Positions 20,550-33,628 are shown, numbered from the stretch's first letter. The stretch is 64,000 bases of DNA from Candidatus Marinacidobacterales bacterium (GCA_965237955.1 OZ250169.1:6848001-6912000); one strand, 5' to 3'. Program-made: numbers and translations. The notes: generated by a model from the letters alone, not told the origin.

Positions 20550-22610
<2,061 letters not shown>

Positions 22611-22823
22611 GGGGCGACCTCCTTTGGGAATTTTGTTACACAACAATCCGGGGTACAAACCTCAGTGCTCAGTGCCCGGTGCACAAAGCCGAGATTCTAA
22701 CAAAAACGGCGGGCCGCTCCGAAGTTATTTACCCCGTTGAATTACGAGGTGTCGACGCATAGAATCTGCGGGTTCGTCTGACGGCACCAGGAGCTGCAGA
22801 AACCCGCTATCGGTGACAACATA

Positions 22824-23633
22824 TTGAAATATCTAGGCTTAGCGCTTTGTGTCGCCTTCGCTGCTCCCGCCGTCTGTCTCGCGGACGAGCTCATCTACCC
22901 GGTCGACGTCGCCGTCGACGAAAAAGGCGTGGTCTTCGTCGCCGACCACGAGGCTCATGCTCTTTTCAAGGTGACCGACCGAGGGATCGAGGTCGTCGCC
23001 AAGGGCGAAGGCCGTCCGCGAACGCCGCTCTACGGCATTCGCCACATCACGCCACTTTCCGGCGGAGGCTTCATCGCGAGTGACCCGGCGACGATGAAGC
23101 TGTACCGGATCGACGCCGGTGGAAACGTCGTTGCCGTCGCGGATGACGGCGGTTTCGTGACGCCGTGGGGCATTGCGGTCGATGCTTCGGGCGACATCCT
23201 CGCGGTCGACCGTGTGACCCACCGGCTGCGCCGCGTGACATCGAGCGGCGAGGTCGAAGAGGTCGCGGACGTTCGAGCACCGCGGGCAGTCCTTTTCGGT
23301 AAAGACAGCGCGATCGTCGTCCTTACCGACAAGAACCTCGTGCGGGTTGCGGAGGGCTCGACGACGCCTATCGCCGCTTCGCCGCCTTTCGAGTTTCCTC
23401 ACGACGCGGTGCTCCACGCCGACGGGAATTACTACGTGAGCGACGGCTACGCGAAAGCGATCTGGAAAGTCACCGCCGATGGCAACGTCACTTCGCTCGT
23501 TCGAGGTGATCCGTTGGTGAGCCCTCAAGGGCTCGCGATCGACCGCCAAGGCAACTTGCTCGTTGCGGATCCGCACGCAAAAGCGATTTTTAGAATTTCT
23601 CTCAAGGGTGAGATTACTCAACTTGTCCCGTGA
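22824..23633 (+). CDS. Secreted NHL-repeat beta-propeller protein
   Basis: Repeats YPVDVAVD, PWGIAVD, PQGLAID; signal peptide. Confidence 0.8.
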   Translation: MKYLGLALCVAFAAPAVCLADELIYPVDVAVDEKGVVFVADHEAHALFKVTDRGIEVVAKGEGRPRTPLYGIRHITPLSGGGFIASDPATMKLYRIDAGGNVVAVADDGGFVTPWGIAVDASGDILAVDRVTHRLRRVTSSGEVEEVADVRAPRAVLFGKDSAIVVLTDKNLVRVAEGSTTPIAASPPFEFPHDAVLHADGNYYVSDGYAKAIWKVTADGNVTSLVRGDPLVSPQGLAIDRQGNLLVADPHAKAIFRISLKGEITQLVP

Positions 23634-23662
23634 ACGTAGTGCATAAGAAAAGGAAATAGCAC

Positions 23663-25033
23663 ATGGCGTCACCTGAACGAGGTATGTGGGGCTCGCGACT
23701 CGGTTTCATTCTCGCGGCCGCAGGCTCCGCCGTCGGACTCGGCAACATCTGGGGTTTCCCGACTCGAGTCGGTCAAGGTGGCGGCGCGGTGTTCGTGCTC
23801 GTCTACCTGGTCTGCGTTCTGTTCGTGTGCGCTCCGATCTTCATCTCCGAGCTCATCCTCGGGCGAGGCTCGCAGAGGGGTCCGGTGGGCGCGTTCAAGA
23901 AATTCGCGCCGAACACGAGCTGGTGGCTAATAGGTACGCTCGGCGTCGCGTGCGGCGTCGGAATCCTTTCGTTTTATGCCGTGATTGCCGGCTGGACCGT
24001 CGCTTACATCTATTTCACTGCCGTCGGTGGCCTCGGAACCAACCCCGAGGAGATCGCTCTGTTCTTCAGTAATTTCACCGGCAACGGCACCCTCACCGTC
24101 GCCCTCACCTTTGGATTTCTCCTCCTCACCGCTGCCTGCATCCTCGGCGGCGTCCGCTCGGGCATCGAGCGTGTTACCAAGATATTGATGCCGCTTCTGG
24201 TCCTACTACTGCTCATCCTTGCCGCCCGGGCGCTCACGCTTCCGGGAGCGGAGAAGGGCCTCGAGTACTACCTTAAGCCCGACTTCAGCCGGGCGCTCGA
24301 CGTCAACGTGTGGACCGCGGCGCTCGGCCAGGCGTTTTTCTCACTGAGCCTCGGGATGGGTGCGCTCATCACTTACGGAAGCTACCTTCGTCGCACCGAC
24401 AACTTGGGGGTGGCAGCGCTCTGGGTCATCCTGTTGGACACCGCGATCGCATTGCTCGCGGGGTTCATTATTTTCCCGACCGGTTTTTCCATCGACGGCT
24501 TCGATCCGAGCACTTCGGGACCCGGACTCATCTTCAAGGTGTTGCCGCAACTGTTCGCAACGCTTCCCGGAGGCGCTTTGTTCGGCGCCGCCTTTTTCAT
24601 CCTTCTGGCCATGGCAGCGTTGACGTCGACGCTATCGCTTCTCGAAGTCCCGGTGTCGCACTGCATCGACCAGTACCAGTGGCCCAGAAAAAAAGCCGTT
24701 ATCGTCCTCGTGCTGGCAACGTTCGTCCTGTCGATACCGTCGGCGCTCGGCAATGGCGCGGTCGCCTCGCTCAGTAACCTGCCGGCCGTACTCGGCGGAA
24801 ATTTTCTCGGTCTCATGGCTCTCGCTTGGAACAACTTCGCGCTTCCGATCGGTGGGTTCTTTATTTCCATTTTCGTCGGCTACCGATTCGGGCTCGGCAA
24901 AGCGGTCGAAGAGCTCACTGCCGACAACGCCTGGTTTCCCGGCACCGCACTCTGGGGATTCTTGATTCGCTACGTCTCACCGGCCGCCATCGCACTCATC
25001 TTCGTTGTGGCCCTTCATCAACTTTTCAGCTGA
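23663..25033 (+). CDS. Sodium-dependent transporter, NSS/SNF family
   Basis: GFILAAAGSAVGLGNIWGFP, GQAFFSLSLGMG. Confidence 0.93.
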   Translation: MASPERGMWGSRLGFILAAAGSAVGLGNIWGFPTRVGQGGGAVFVLVYLVCVLFVCAPIFISELILGRGSQRGPVGAFKKFAPNTSWWLIGTLGVACGVGILSFYAVIAGWTVAYIYFTAVGGLGTNPEEIALFFSNFTGNGTLTVALTFGFLLLTAACILGGVRSGIERVTKILMPLLVLLLLILAARALTLPGAEKGLEYYLKPDFSRALDVNVWTAALGQAFFSLSLGMGALITYGSYLRRTDNLGVAALWVILLDTAIALLAGFIIFPTGFSIDGFDPSTSGPGLIFKVLPQLFATLPGGALFGAAFFILLAMAALTSTLSLLEVPVSHCIDQYQWPRKKAVIVLVLATFVLSIPSALGNGAVASLSNLPAVLGGNFLGLMALAWNNFALPIGGFFISIFVGYRFGLGKAVEELTADNAWFPGTALWGFLIRYVSPAAIALIFVVALHQLFS

Positions 25034-25058
25034 ACTTACCTGAACGGGGACTCGAACC

Positions 25059-26450
25059 ATGGATCAACTCACTACTCTCCTCGAACAACTCTCGAGCTGG
25101 CTCTGGGCTTGGTGGGCACTGCCGCTGCTCCTCTTCTTCGCGGGCGGCTACTTGACCTATCAAACCGGTCTCGTCCAGATCCGCCATTTCGGAACCGCGG
25201 TGAAACAAGTTCTCGGCAGCAAGTTCAAGGGCAAAACCGAGGGCGAGGGCACGATCACATCCTTCCAGGCGCTGTCGACCGCGCTCGCATCGACGGTCGG
25301 CAACGGCAACATCGGCGGGGTGGCAACCGCGATCGTCATGGGTGGGCCGGGCGCTATTTTTTGGATGTGGGTCACGGCAGCCGTCGGTATGGCGACGAAG
25401 TACTCCGAGGCTGTCCTCGGCGTTCACTACCGGGTGAGGACGGAGCGCGGCGAGCTCGCGAGCGGGCCGATGTACTACATCACCAACGGGCTCAAGGACA
25501 AACCCTACGCCAAGCCACTCGCGACCATGTTCTGTGTCTTTGGTGCGGCGACCGCTCTTTTCGGCACCGGCAACATGGCACAGTCGAACACGATTGCGCA
25601 GACGTTCCGCCAGGCAGCGAAACAATACTTTGACACCGATGTCAGCCCGCTCATCCCGGGACTACTCATCACCGTCGCCGTCGGCCTCGTCCTCCTCGGT
25701 GGCATCAAGCGAATCGCCAAGGTGTCGGAAAAGCTCGTGCCGAGCATGATCGTGCTCTATCTCGTGCTGGGAGCCGTTTACATCGTGATGAACGTCAGCG
25801 AGATCCCGAGGGTCTTCGGCCTCGTCATCGGCAACGCGTTTACACCGACGGCCGCGGTGGGTGGGTTCCTCGGTGTCGGGGTGCAACAAGCCATCGCCTT
25901 CGGAATCAGCCGCGGCGTGCTCTCCAACGAGGCGGGTCTCGGTAGTGCACCGATCGCGCACGGTATCGCGAAAGTCAGCCACCCGGTACAGCAGGGTCTC
26001 GTCGGGGTGTTCGAAGTCTTCGTCGACACCATCGTCGTGTGCAGCATGACCGCCTTCATTATCTTGACGTCGGGAATGTGGACGCTCGCGGAGTTCCAGC
26101 AGTCGAGCGGCGACCTCACCGCTGCTGCTCTCGACGCACAGATTCCGCTCGGGAGCTTGATCGTCGCCGTGTGCTCGTTCCTGTTCGGCTTCTCGACGCT
26201 CATCGGTTGGTGCTACTACGGCGAGAAGTGCTTCGAGTACTTGTTCGGCAGCAAAGGGATCGTTCCCTACCGGGCGATCTACACCGTGCTGATTCTCGTC
26301 GGCGCTGTCGTTCCGGTGCCGCTCGTGTGGGCCATCGGGACGCTCTTGAACGGGTTCATGGCGTTTCCAAATTTAATCGGGTTGATTGGGCTCGGCGGGG
26401 TGGTCTCGAAGCTCACCAAGGAATACTTCAGCCGCGAGCACGCCGCGTGA
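25059..26450 (+). CDS. Alanine/glycine:cation symporter (AGCS family)
   Basis: TVGNGNIGGVA, GGPGAIFWMW, SNEAGLGS, FVDTIVVCSMT. Confidence 0.93.
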   Translation: MDQLTTLLEQLSSWLWAWWALPLLLFFAGGYLTYQTGLVQIRHFGTAVKQVLGSKFKGKTEGEGTITSFQALSTALASTVGNGNIGGVATAIVMGGPGAIFWMWVTAAVGMATKYSEAVLGVHYRVRTERGELASGPMYYITNGLKDKPYAKPLATMFCVFGAATALFGTGNMAQSNTIAQTFRQAAKQYFDTDVSPLIPGLLITVAVGLVLLGGIKRIAKVSEKLVPSMIVLYLVLGAVYIVMNVSEIPRVFGLVIGNAFTPTAAVGGFLGVGVQQAIAFGISRGVLSNEAGLGSAPIAHGIAKVSHPVQQGLVGVFEVFVDTIVVCSMTAFIILTSGMWTLAEFQQSSGDLTAAALDAQIPLGSLIVAVCSFLFGFSTLIGWCYYGEKCFEYLFGSKGIVPYRAIYTVLILVGAVVPVPLVWAIGTLLNGFMAFPNLIGLIGLGGVVSKLTKEYFSREHAA

Positions 26451-27258
26451 TCGCGAGGTACGTCTACCTTTTCTTGGGCGCCGCGCTCTCGTGCGCGTGC
26501 GCGACACCTCCTGAGCCTGCCGGCGAAGGCTCCGACCGCCTCGAGCAATTTTTCTCGGGCGACATGGAGATCATCGACCTCACCCATGCTCTCTCGAGCT
26601 CGAGCACGTCCTGGCTCGGGCCTTCGGGAAATCCGTTCGAGCACGAGATCCTCACGGCGCACGAAAGCGGACGACCGAGGATGGCTCGCTACAGCACTCC
26701 CGAGCACCACGGCACCCACCTCGACGCGCCGACACATTCAGCCGATCATCAGCCGACGGTCGACGAGCTTACGGCGGCGGACCTGTTTGGACCGGCGGCG
26801 GTCATTGATGTGAGCGCGCAATGCGAGGCGAACGCGGACTACGAGCTGACGACAGAAGATGTTCTAGCGTGGGAACAGGAGCATGGACCATTGCCGGAAG
26901 GCGCCATCGTAATCATGTCGGCGGGATGGAGAGCCGCAAATACGATGACGCTGCCGCCTACAACAACGAAGACGCCGAAGGTGAAAAGCACTTCCCGGGT
27001 TTCTCCGAGGAAGTGAGCCGTTTCTTGGTGCAGGAGCGATCGATCCGCGGCATCGGTATCGACACGCTGAGCGTGGATCCGGCGGTGGCCAAGTCGTACC
27101 CCGTGCACGGCATCGTGAACGGCGCCGGCAAGTACCACCTCGAAAACGTCGCCGAAGTCCACCGCCTCCCCACCACGGGAGCCTTCCTGATCGTGGCGCC
27201 CATCAAAATAGCGGGCGGCTCCGGCGGCCAAGTAAGAATCTTCGCGTTGGTCTCGTAG
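26447..27258 (+). pseudogene. Cyclase/kynurenine formamidase family lipoprotein, frameshifted near 26929
   Basis: EHHGTHLDAP in one frame; HFPGFS, GIGIDTLSVD, YHLEN, GGSGGQVR in the next; extra AG dinucleotide. Confidence 0.85.
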
Positions 27259-27266
27259 AAAAGATC

Positions 27267-27353
27267 AACGCAAAGACGCCAAGGCGCCGAGACGCAAAGA
27301 GTCTCGACCAACTCTGATATCTTTGCGCCCTCGCGACTTTGCGCCTTTGCGTT
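27267..27353. repeat. Palindromic 9-mer repeat element AACGCAAAG...CTTTGCGTT
   Basis: Tandem ACGCAAAG-like units followed by inverted copies between convergent genes. Confidence 0.75.
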
Positions 27354-27364
27354 AAAAACAATCG

Positions 27365-28750
27365 CTAGCGCTTCAGCTCGGATTCGATTACGTTCACAAA
27401 TCCGCCTATCTGCGCCAGACGTTTTCCGTTGATGAAGACGGTTGGGGTGGATCGCACCTCGAGACGTTGGGCCTCTTCGATTTGTGCTGCCAGCTCCTGA
27501 CTCGCTGACGACGATCCCAGGCAAGTCCTCATTTGATCGCCGTTCAGGCCGGCGGCGGTGGCGATGCGGACGACGTCGTCGTTCGTCGCGTTAGCCGGCG
27601 GCTGGGCAAAGACTTGGTCGTGGTATGGCCAGAACTTCCCTTGCTCGTGCGCGCACACGCCGCCGAGGGCGAGCTGACACGCACCGTCGTGAACGGTACG
27701 CGATAGCGCGGGGTTACATTCCTTGTCCAAGGGGTAGTTCTTGAAGTAAATGCCAACCCGGCCGCCGGATTGCTGCATGTAGTTCGCGAACGCGCCGGCG
27801 AGGTTGCGACAGTAGGGGCACAAGAAGTCCGAGAACTCGACGACGCGGACGGCCGCCGCGTCGGGTCCTTTGAACGGAATCCCGTCGAGAGCCAACTCGT
27901 TCACCGTTTCTTGGTCGAACTCGGCTTGCGCTTTCGCCATTTGGTATTCCTGATACGTCTGTGGATCGTCGAGCGTAGTCTCGAGCTCGGCGATTCTCTC
28001 GCGCGCGTCGTCGAGACGCGCTTCGAGCGCGGCGAGTGCCGCCCCGTCATCGTTCGTAGCGGGCGTGGGAGCGGGCTCGGGCACCGCCTCGGTCTCGGCT
28101 TCCGGCTCGGGCTCAGGTTCTGGCTCAGGCGCCGGAAGAATGGTGGCACTAAGCATGTCCAGGTCCATGTCGGGTTGCTTCGCGGCCTCGGACGCCAAGA
28201 CTCGGTCGATCGAGACGACGGAAACGAGGAACACGAGGCTTCCCAGTGCCCAAACGACGAAGGCGCGACTCCCCTCTCCACCGAGGAGTGTGGTCTTGAT
28301 CGAACCGAGCTTCGACGCCCACGGGAACAGAAAAAACGCCGTCACGATGTTGACGCCGTACGTCGCGAGACAGAGCGAGCAGAACGCCCCGATAGCAAAG
28401 GCTTGGATCCCGAAGAGTCCGAGGTCGGCGGCGAGCGCGGCCACGACGGTTCCGAACGCGAGCGCTGCCGCCGCGCTCCGCACCGACTCGTTCGCCACCA
28501 ACGCGAGAGCCGCGAGAAACGCGAGCGAGCTGTAGTACACAAGCCCCACACCGCCGAGGGAAAACCCACCGAGGGTCGAGTAGCGGCCTTGCGACACTTG
28601 GTTGCATCCGCTAGTGTCGTCCGGTCCGCAAATCTGCTGCACGGCGGTTTCCGCCGCACCGACGCCGTGATGGTCGAACATGAGAAGTCCCGACAAAGCC
28701 CCGCCTATTAGCGCTGCCAGGATGACGACTGAAATCCTCCATTGCTGCAT
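27365..28750 (-). CDS. VKOR-DsbA(thioredoxin) fusion
   Basis: VKOR loop C..GC and FCSLC; PE-rich linker; EFSDFLCPYC, STPTVFINGK. Confidence 0.88.
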   Translation of the reverse strand: MQQWRISVVILAALIGGALSGLLMFDHHGVGAAETAVQQICGPDDTSGCNQVSQGRYSTLGGFSLGGVGLVYYSSLAFLAALALVANESVRSAAAALAFGTVVAALAADLGLFGIQAFAIGAFCSLCLATYGVNIVTAFFLFPWASKLGSIKTTLLGGEGSRAFVVWALGSLVFLVSVVSIDRVLASEAAKQPDMDLDMLSATILPAPEPEPEPEPEAETEAVPEPAPTPATNDDGAALAALEARLDDARERIAELETTLDDPQTYQEYQMAKAQAEFDQETVNELALDGIPFKGPDAAAVRVVEFSDFLCPYCRNLAGAFANYMQQSGGRVGIYFKNYPLDKECNPALSRTVHDGACQLALGGVCAHEQGKFWPYHDQVFAQPPANATNDDVVRIATAAGLNGDQMRTCLGSSSASQELAAQIEEAQRLEVRSTPTVFINGKRLAQIGGFVNVIESELKR

Positions 28751-28774
28751 GCCGAGATTATGCCACGCGAGGGT

Positions 28775-29899
28775 CTACAGCTTCGCCCCCATATCCAGGT
28801 GAAGCCGCAGACGCCGCATCACTTCGTCTCTACTCAACACCCCGAGAAGCACGCCATCGGAGACGACCAGAATCCTCCGATCGCTACTCGTCAGAAGCGA
28901 CAGGACTTGGATCGCCTCGGTGTCGGGTGCGAGCGTTTCGTTCAAAGCGTCTTCGGTCATGACCTCGGACGCCGTGAGCCGCTCGAGCTCGTCCCGATCC
29001 CGCCGCTCGAAGCTCTTGAGCGTCAGCACACCGATGAGAAGGCCGCGATCGACGACAGGCACGTCGGTGACGTCGTGCGGCATGATCACCTCATCGAGGA
29101 CGGCGGAAAGCCGCATGTCCGGAGGAACGCACGGGACATCGCGCACCATCAAATCCTCGGCGCGCACTCCTTCGAGCGCGTGGCGGATCACGAGTTGCTG
29201 GTAGCTCCCCCGCGCCGCGTGGCGCAAGAAGAATCCGATGAGGACGAACCATAGCCCCCCGAGGTTGCCCAGAAAGAAAATCGACGTCAACCCCATCAAA
29301 ACGACCGCAGCGCCGAAGAACGACCCCAGTGCGCTCGCCACCCGGGTCGCCGCGGAGAACTTCCCCCAGATTCCCCACAGGGCGGCGCGGAGCACGCGCC
29401 CTCCGTCCAGCGGAAACCCGGGCACGACGTTGAACGCCACCAGCAGCAAGTTCATCTGGGCGAGCACTTCCATGACATCAGTGAGCGGTAGCGGAAGTGA
29501 ACCGAGAGCGAGGCTGTAAAGCGCGAAAAAGCATGCCGCGAGAACAAGGCTCATCAGGGGCCCCGCGATCGCGATGCGAAATTCCGCTCCTGCGCCTTTG
29601 GGCTCTTCCACCATCTCGGCCGCGCCCCCGAAGATGAACAAAGTGATGCCGCGGATACCGACGTCGTTTCTGAGCGCGATGACGGCGTGCGATAGCTCGT
29701 GGGCGAGGACGGATCCGAACAAGAGCAGGCACGACGACAGCCCCAGGGATAACCGCACCGGCAACCCGAGGTAGGGGTACGATTGTCCGAAGCCGACGGC
29801 AAAGCTCGTCGTCATCAAGAAAGCGATAATGGCCCAGGAATAGTCGACGCGAATCGGAATACCAAAGATGGCACCGAGCGACAGGCCTCGACCGATCAA
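28775..29899 (-). CDS. Site-2 protease (M50) with CBS pair
   Basis: HELSH, AGPLMS, FNVVPGFPLDGGR, two CBS domains. Confidence 0.92.
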   Translation of the reverse strand: MIGRGLSLGAIFGIPIRVDYSWAIIAFLMTTSFAVGFGQSYPYLGLPVRLSLGLSSCLLLFGSVLAHELSHAVIALRNDVGIRGITLFIFGGAAEMVEEPKGAGAEFRIAIAGPLMSLVLAACFFALYSLALGSLPLPLTDVMEVLAQMNLLLVAFNVVPGFPLDGGRVLRAALWGIWGKFSAATRVASALGSFFGAAVVLMGLTSIFFLGNLGGLWFVLIGFFLRHAARGSYQQLVIRHALEGVRAEDLMVRDVPCVPPDMRLSAVLDEVIMPHDVTDVPVVDRGLLIGVLTLKSFERRDRDELERLTASEVMTEDALNETLAPDTEAIQVLSLLTSSDRRILVVSDGVLLGVLSRDEVMRRLRLHLDMGAKL

Positions 29900-31362
29900 G
29901 GCACTCCCTGTCTCACGACTTTGATCGTGTCGCCGCGCGCAACCTCCGCGTCGAGCGTGGTGTTGTTGACGAGCGACAAGTCGTCGAAATGCTCCTCTTC
30001 CATCCCGGCTTGGCGGAGCGCGTCCCGAAACGCCATCGTTCGCGAAACCTGGTAGAGGTGGATCGTGCGTGGCTCGATCTCGAGTGCACTGCGGTCGCGA
30101 AGACGATCGAAGCTTTCGATCACCTCGTGGAACACCGGGGTGTAGCGGCGGATAGCGTTTTGTCGCGTCAGTCCGATGATCTCGTACACGAAATCATCAT
30201 CCGCGATGAAGCCTGCAACTCCGTAGAGCTCGCTCGTTGAGGTCAGCGCGCGGAAGGGTGCCCGGTAAGCGGGGAACGGTCCGGCGCGCAGGCGCTCACC
30301 GGTGCCGTACTCGATATTGTTTCTCCGAAAAAACTCTCGCGCGTGGGCGGCGGGCGTCGTGCCCGGGGCAACGCGTGTACCCGTCAGCTGAAGTGCTGCA
30401 CCTCCGTCGGGCGGTGCCGCGTACACGACCGTTTTCGTGTTCTGCACGTTCCAACCCTCGGGATAGGTCAGCTCGAACTCCAAGTCCGGATGGAGGAACC
30501 GACGACCTCTCATGAACCCCTCGCGTGGGTTCTCTCCAACGACGAGCCCTTCGATCATGCGAAGGTACTCGCTCCGGCGCGATTCGAGGTCGTTGCATCT
30601 GCCAGCTTGCTGGTTAACCAGTGCAAGGATCGTCTCCTCGCGATCGGCAGGGTCGGGGTGCGTCGATGCCCACGACGGCACGTTCCGCTCCGAGCCTGAC
30701 AACCTCCCGAGCACCGAAAAAAAGTGCGCCATGTCAGTGGGGTCGTAACCCTGAGCGATGGAGTAGCGAACCCCGAGGCGATCGGATTCCCGCTCGGCGT
30801 CACGACCGAACTTCAGGAACAAGATGCCGAGCCCTCCCCCGAGCACATCGCCAAAGGGACGCACTTCGGGAAAGAAGATCGTCCCCACGTTGAGCCCGAG
30901 CCCAGCGAGCTGCTGCTTCGACATCTGCTCCACGTGGTGACGAGCGGTCACATGTCCGATCTCGTGGCCAATGACACCCATCAGTGCCGCTTCGCTACCG
31001 ACGTACGCGAGGATGCCGCGAGTGACGTAGATGTAACCACCAGGAAGCGCGAACGCATTCACGACGGGTGAGTCGATCACTTTGAACCGCCACGGCAGTT
31101 GTGGCCGCTCCGACGCCGCGGCAACGCGCTGCCCGAGCTCGGCGACATACGCCTGGAGCTCGGCGTCATCATAGAGGCCCATGCTCACTTCGACATCGCG
31201 GGACGCTTGCTCCCCCATGGCGATCTCCTGCGACTCGGAGATAAGAACGAACTGCCGTTTCCCGGTGACCGGATCTTTGGCACAAGCGGAAACGCCCACG
31301 AGACCGACGATGCCAAAGATCAACGCCCGTGCCCGTGCCCGATCCCGCATACAAGATGTCAT
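29896..31362 (-). CDS. M48-family metalloprotease lipoprotein
   Basis: Lipobox VSAC, NAFALPGG, HEIGH, STHP. Confidence 0.9.
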   Translation of the reverse strand: MTSCMRDRARARALIFGIVGLVGVSACAKDPVTGKRQFVLISESQEIAMGEQASRDVEVSMGLYDDAELQAYVAELGQRVAAASERPQLPWRFKVIDSPVVNAFALPGGYIYVTRGILAYVGSEAALMGVIGHEIGHVTARHHVEQMSKQQLAGLGLNVGTIFFPEVRPFGDVLGGGLGILFLKFGRDAERESDRLGVRYSIAQGYDPTDMAHFFSVLGRLSGSERNVPSWASTHPDPADREETILALVNQQAGRCNDLESRRSEYLRMIEGLVVGENPREGFMRGRRFLHPDLEFELTYPEGWNVQNTKTVVYAAPPDGGAALQLTGTRVAPGTTPAAHAREFFRRNNIEYGTGERLRAGPFPAYRAPFRALTSTSELYGVAGFIADDDFVYEIIGLTRQNAIRRYTPVFHEVIESFDRLRDRSALEIEPRTIHLYQVSRTMAFRDALRQAGMEEEHFDDLSLVNNTTLDAEVARGDTIKVVRQGVP

Positions 31363-31492
31363 ATGGCGTCCGCCAAAATTGTACCGCAACGGGCGCGGGG
31401 CCGCGCCAGGCATCAGCAAGGAAGGATAGATAGATGCGCAGGCCTGGGGTCCGTCGAGACCCCGGCCTCGAGCGAAAAAGGTTGGACGGTAC

Positions 31493-31750
31493 TTAGGCGA
31501 AGTACTCGGTGTTGATCGCGACGTACTCCTGCCACTTGTCGGGCAGCTCTTCCTCGGGGAAGATGGCCGTCACCGGGCACACGGGCTCGCAAGCGCCACA
31601 ATCGATGCACACGTCGGGATCGATGTAGAGCTGCTTGGCCTCTTCGAAATTGTCCTCGTCCTTGGTCGGATGAATGCAATCCACGGGACAAACTTCGACA
31701 CAAGCGGTGTCCTTAGTGCCGATGCAAGGCTCCGCGATATAGTAAGACAT
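31493..31750 (-). CDS. fdxA: 7Fe-type dicluster ferredoxin
   Basis: [20 protein letters not shown]...[12 protein letters not shown]; SD AAGGAGG. Confidence 0.92.
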   Translation of the reverse strand: MSYYIAEPCIGTKDTACVEVCPVDCIHPTKDEDNFEEAKQLYIDPDVCIDCGACEPVCPVTAIFPEEELPDKWQEYVAINTEYFA

Positions 31751-31785
31751 TGTAGCTTTCCTCCTTCAGTTCGAAACTCACATGG

Positions 31786-33303
31786 CTACATGACGTCGAG
31801 CAGCCGTTGCGAGAACTCCGTCACCCGGTCCAAATAACCCCACAACAGGAGCCCAATAATATTAGGCACGACGAGCACGAAAAGTAAACCCGTGTACAGC
31901 GGCTGCAGCCGAAGCGGCGACGACGGCTCCGGGGTGTCCGCGCCCTCCATGAACATGGTTTTCAGAATCTTGACGTAGTAGAACGCCCCGATCGCGCTAT
32001 TCACCACGCCGATAACAGCGAACCAACCGAGACCAGCGCGGATGACAGCAGCGAAGATGTACCACTTGGCGAGAAAGCCCGCGAACGGCGGGATGCCCAT
32101 GAGCGAGAACAAGAAGATACCCATGACGAGCGTCAACATCGGTGCGCGCCGCCAGATGCCCGCGTAGTCTTTGATGTCGAAGCTGCCGACGTCGTTATGC
32201 ACGACGATCACGACGAGGAACGCGCCGAGGTTCATGAACAGATAAACGAGCATGTAGGCGATCATCGCCTGGATGCCTTCGCCCGAGAGCACCACGGCAC
32301 CCATCATGATGTAGCCGGCGTGCGCGATACTCGAATACGCCAAAAGACGTTTTAGATTCGTTTGTAGGAGTGCCGCGACGTTACCGAGGGTCATGGTGAT
32401 GACGGAGATGCCCATGAGGATCGTCTGCCAATCGACGCTACCGACCATCACCCACGTGGCCCCTTCCCCGTCCGGGGACGCCAGGCCGCCGTAGAAGAAA
32501 CGGATCAGCACGGCGAAGCCCGCGAGCTTCGGGCCTATTGACAAAAACGCGGTGACTGGAGTGGGCGCGCCGGTGTAGACGTCGGGACACCAGAAGTGAA
32601 ACGGCACCGTGGCCATCTTGAAACCGATGCCCGCCAGGACGAGGACGATGATGACCATGAGCGCCGGACCAGAGCTCGCCACCACTTCCTGGCTCGAGAG
32701 GGCGGTGCGGATGGCGTACAGGTCGAGGCTTCCGGTCAGCCCGTAGAGAAGCGACAACCCGAAGAGCATCGTTCCCGTCGACACCGCGCCGAATAAGATG
32801 TATTTGAGCGACGCTTCGTTCGAGAGTCGGTCCGTCTTCAAATACCCGACCATCACGTAGGATGCGACCGACACCGTCTCGAGCGCGAGGTAGATCATCA
32901 ACAAGTTGATCGAGTTGGCCATCCAAATGAGCGCCACCGTAACCGTGAGCAGGAGTACGAGAAGCTCGCCGTGATGGACCGGCCTGAGCTCGTTCGAGTG
33001 GAGCGTGAACAGCAGTATGAAGATCGAGGTGACGATGAAAAGAACGCGCAATACCTGCCCGAACCCATCGAACGCGACCATGTTGGAGAACAGTCCCGCC
33101 GATGGCGCATCCAGCGTCTGGAACGAGCAGAAGAGCGCGGCCACGAGGCCTACCAGCGATGGGAAGACGATGAGGACGCGACGTTCCCCGGGCGCCCGAT
33201 TCTTCGAGATCAAATCGAACACGAGCACGGCCATCAGCGTGAACACGAGCACGATTTCGGGCACGAAGTACTGCAAGCTGGAGATGGTATCGAGGCTCTC
33301 CAC
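31786..33303 (-). CDS. nuoN: NADH-quinone oxidoreductase subunit N
   Basis: SNEASLKY, GFKMATVPFHFWCPDVYTGAPTP, KRLLAYSSIAHAGY, GIPPFAGF. Confidence 0.92.
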   Translation of the reverse strand: MESLDTISSLQYFVPEIVLVFTLMAVLVFDLISKNRAPGERRVLIVFPSLVGLVAALFCSFQTLDAPSAGLFSNMVAFDGFGQVLRVLFIVTSIFILLFTLHSNELRPVHHGELLVLLLTVTVALIWMANSINLLMIYLALETVSVASYVMVGYLKTDRLSNEASLKYILFGAVSTGTMLFGLSLLYGLTGSLDLYAIRTALSSQEVVASSGPALMVIIVLVLAGIGFKMATVPFHFWCPDVYTGAPTPVTAFLSIGPKLAGFAVLIRFFYGGLASPDGEGATWVMVGSVDWQTILMGISVITMTLGNVAALLQTNLKRLLAYSSIAHAGYIMMGAVVLSGEGIQAMIAYMLVYLFMNLGAFLVVIVVHNDVGSFDIKDYAGIWRRAPMLTLVMGIFLFSLMGIPPFAGFLAKWYIFAAVIRAGLGWFAVIGVVNSAIGAFYYVKILKTMFMEGADTPEPSSPLRLQPLYTGLLFVLVVPNIIGLLLWGYLDRVTEFSQRLLDVM

Positions 33304-33322
33304 GTTTTATCCTTTCAACCTG

Positions 33323-33628
33323 TCAACCTTTCAGGGCCGTAGCCTCATCGAGACTCACGTCCTTCAAGATCCGATAGAGGGACATGACGATCGCGAGCGC
33401 GACGGCCGCCTCACAGGCGGCGATCGCGATGACAAAGAGAGCAAAGACCTGCCCCTCGGTATCTCCGGTGACGAACCTCGAAAAGGCCACCAGGTTGATG
33501 TTGGCCGAGTTGAAGATGAGCTCGATCGCCATCAACACGTTGATGGCGTTTTTTCTCGTGAGCATGCCATACAGGCCGAGCGAGAATAGAGCCGCAGCCA
33601 CGATCAAATAGTGCTCGAGGGGTATCAC
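33323..33628 (-). CDS. nuoK: NADH-quinone oxidoreductase subunit K
   Basis: LFSLGLYG...MAIELIFN...AACEAAVALAI; GTG overlaps nuoJ stop. Confidence 0.93.
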   Translation of the reverse strand: MIPLEHYLIVAAALFSLGLYGMLTRKNAINVLMAIELIFNSANINLVAFSRFVTGDTEGQVFALFVIAIAACEAAVALAIVMSLYRILKDVSLDEATALKG

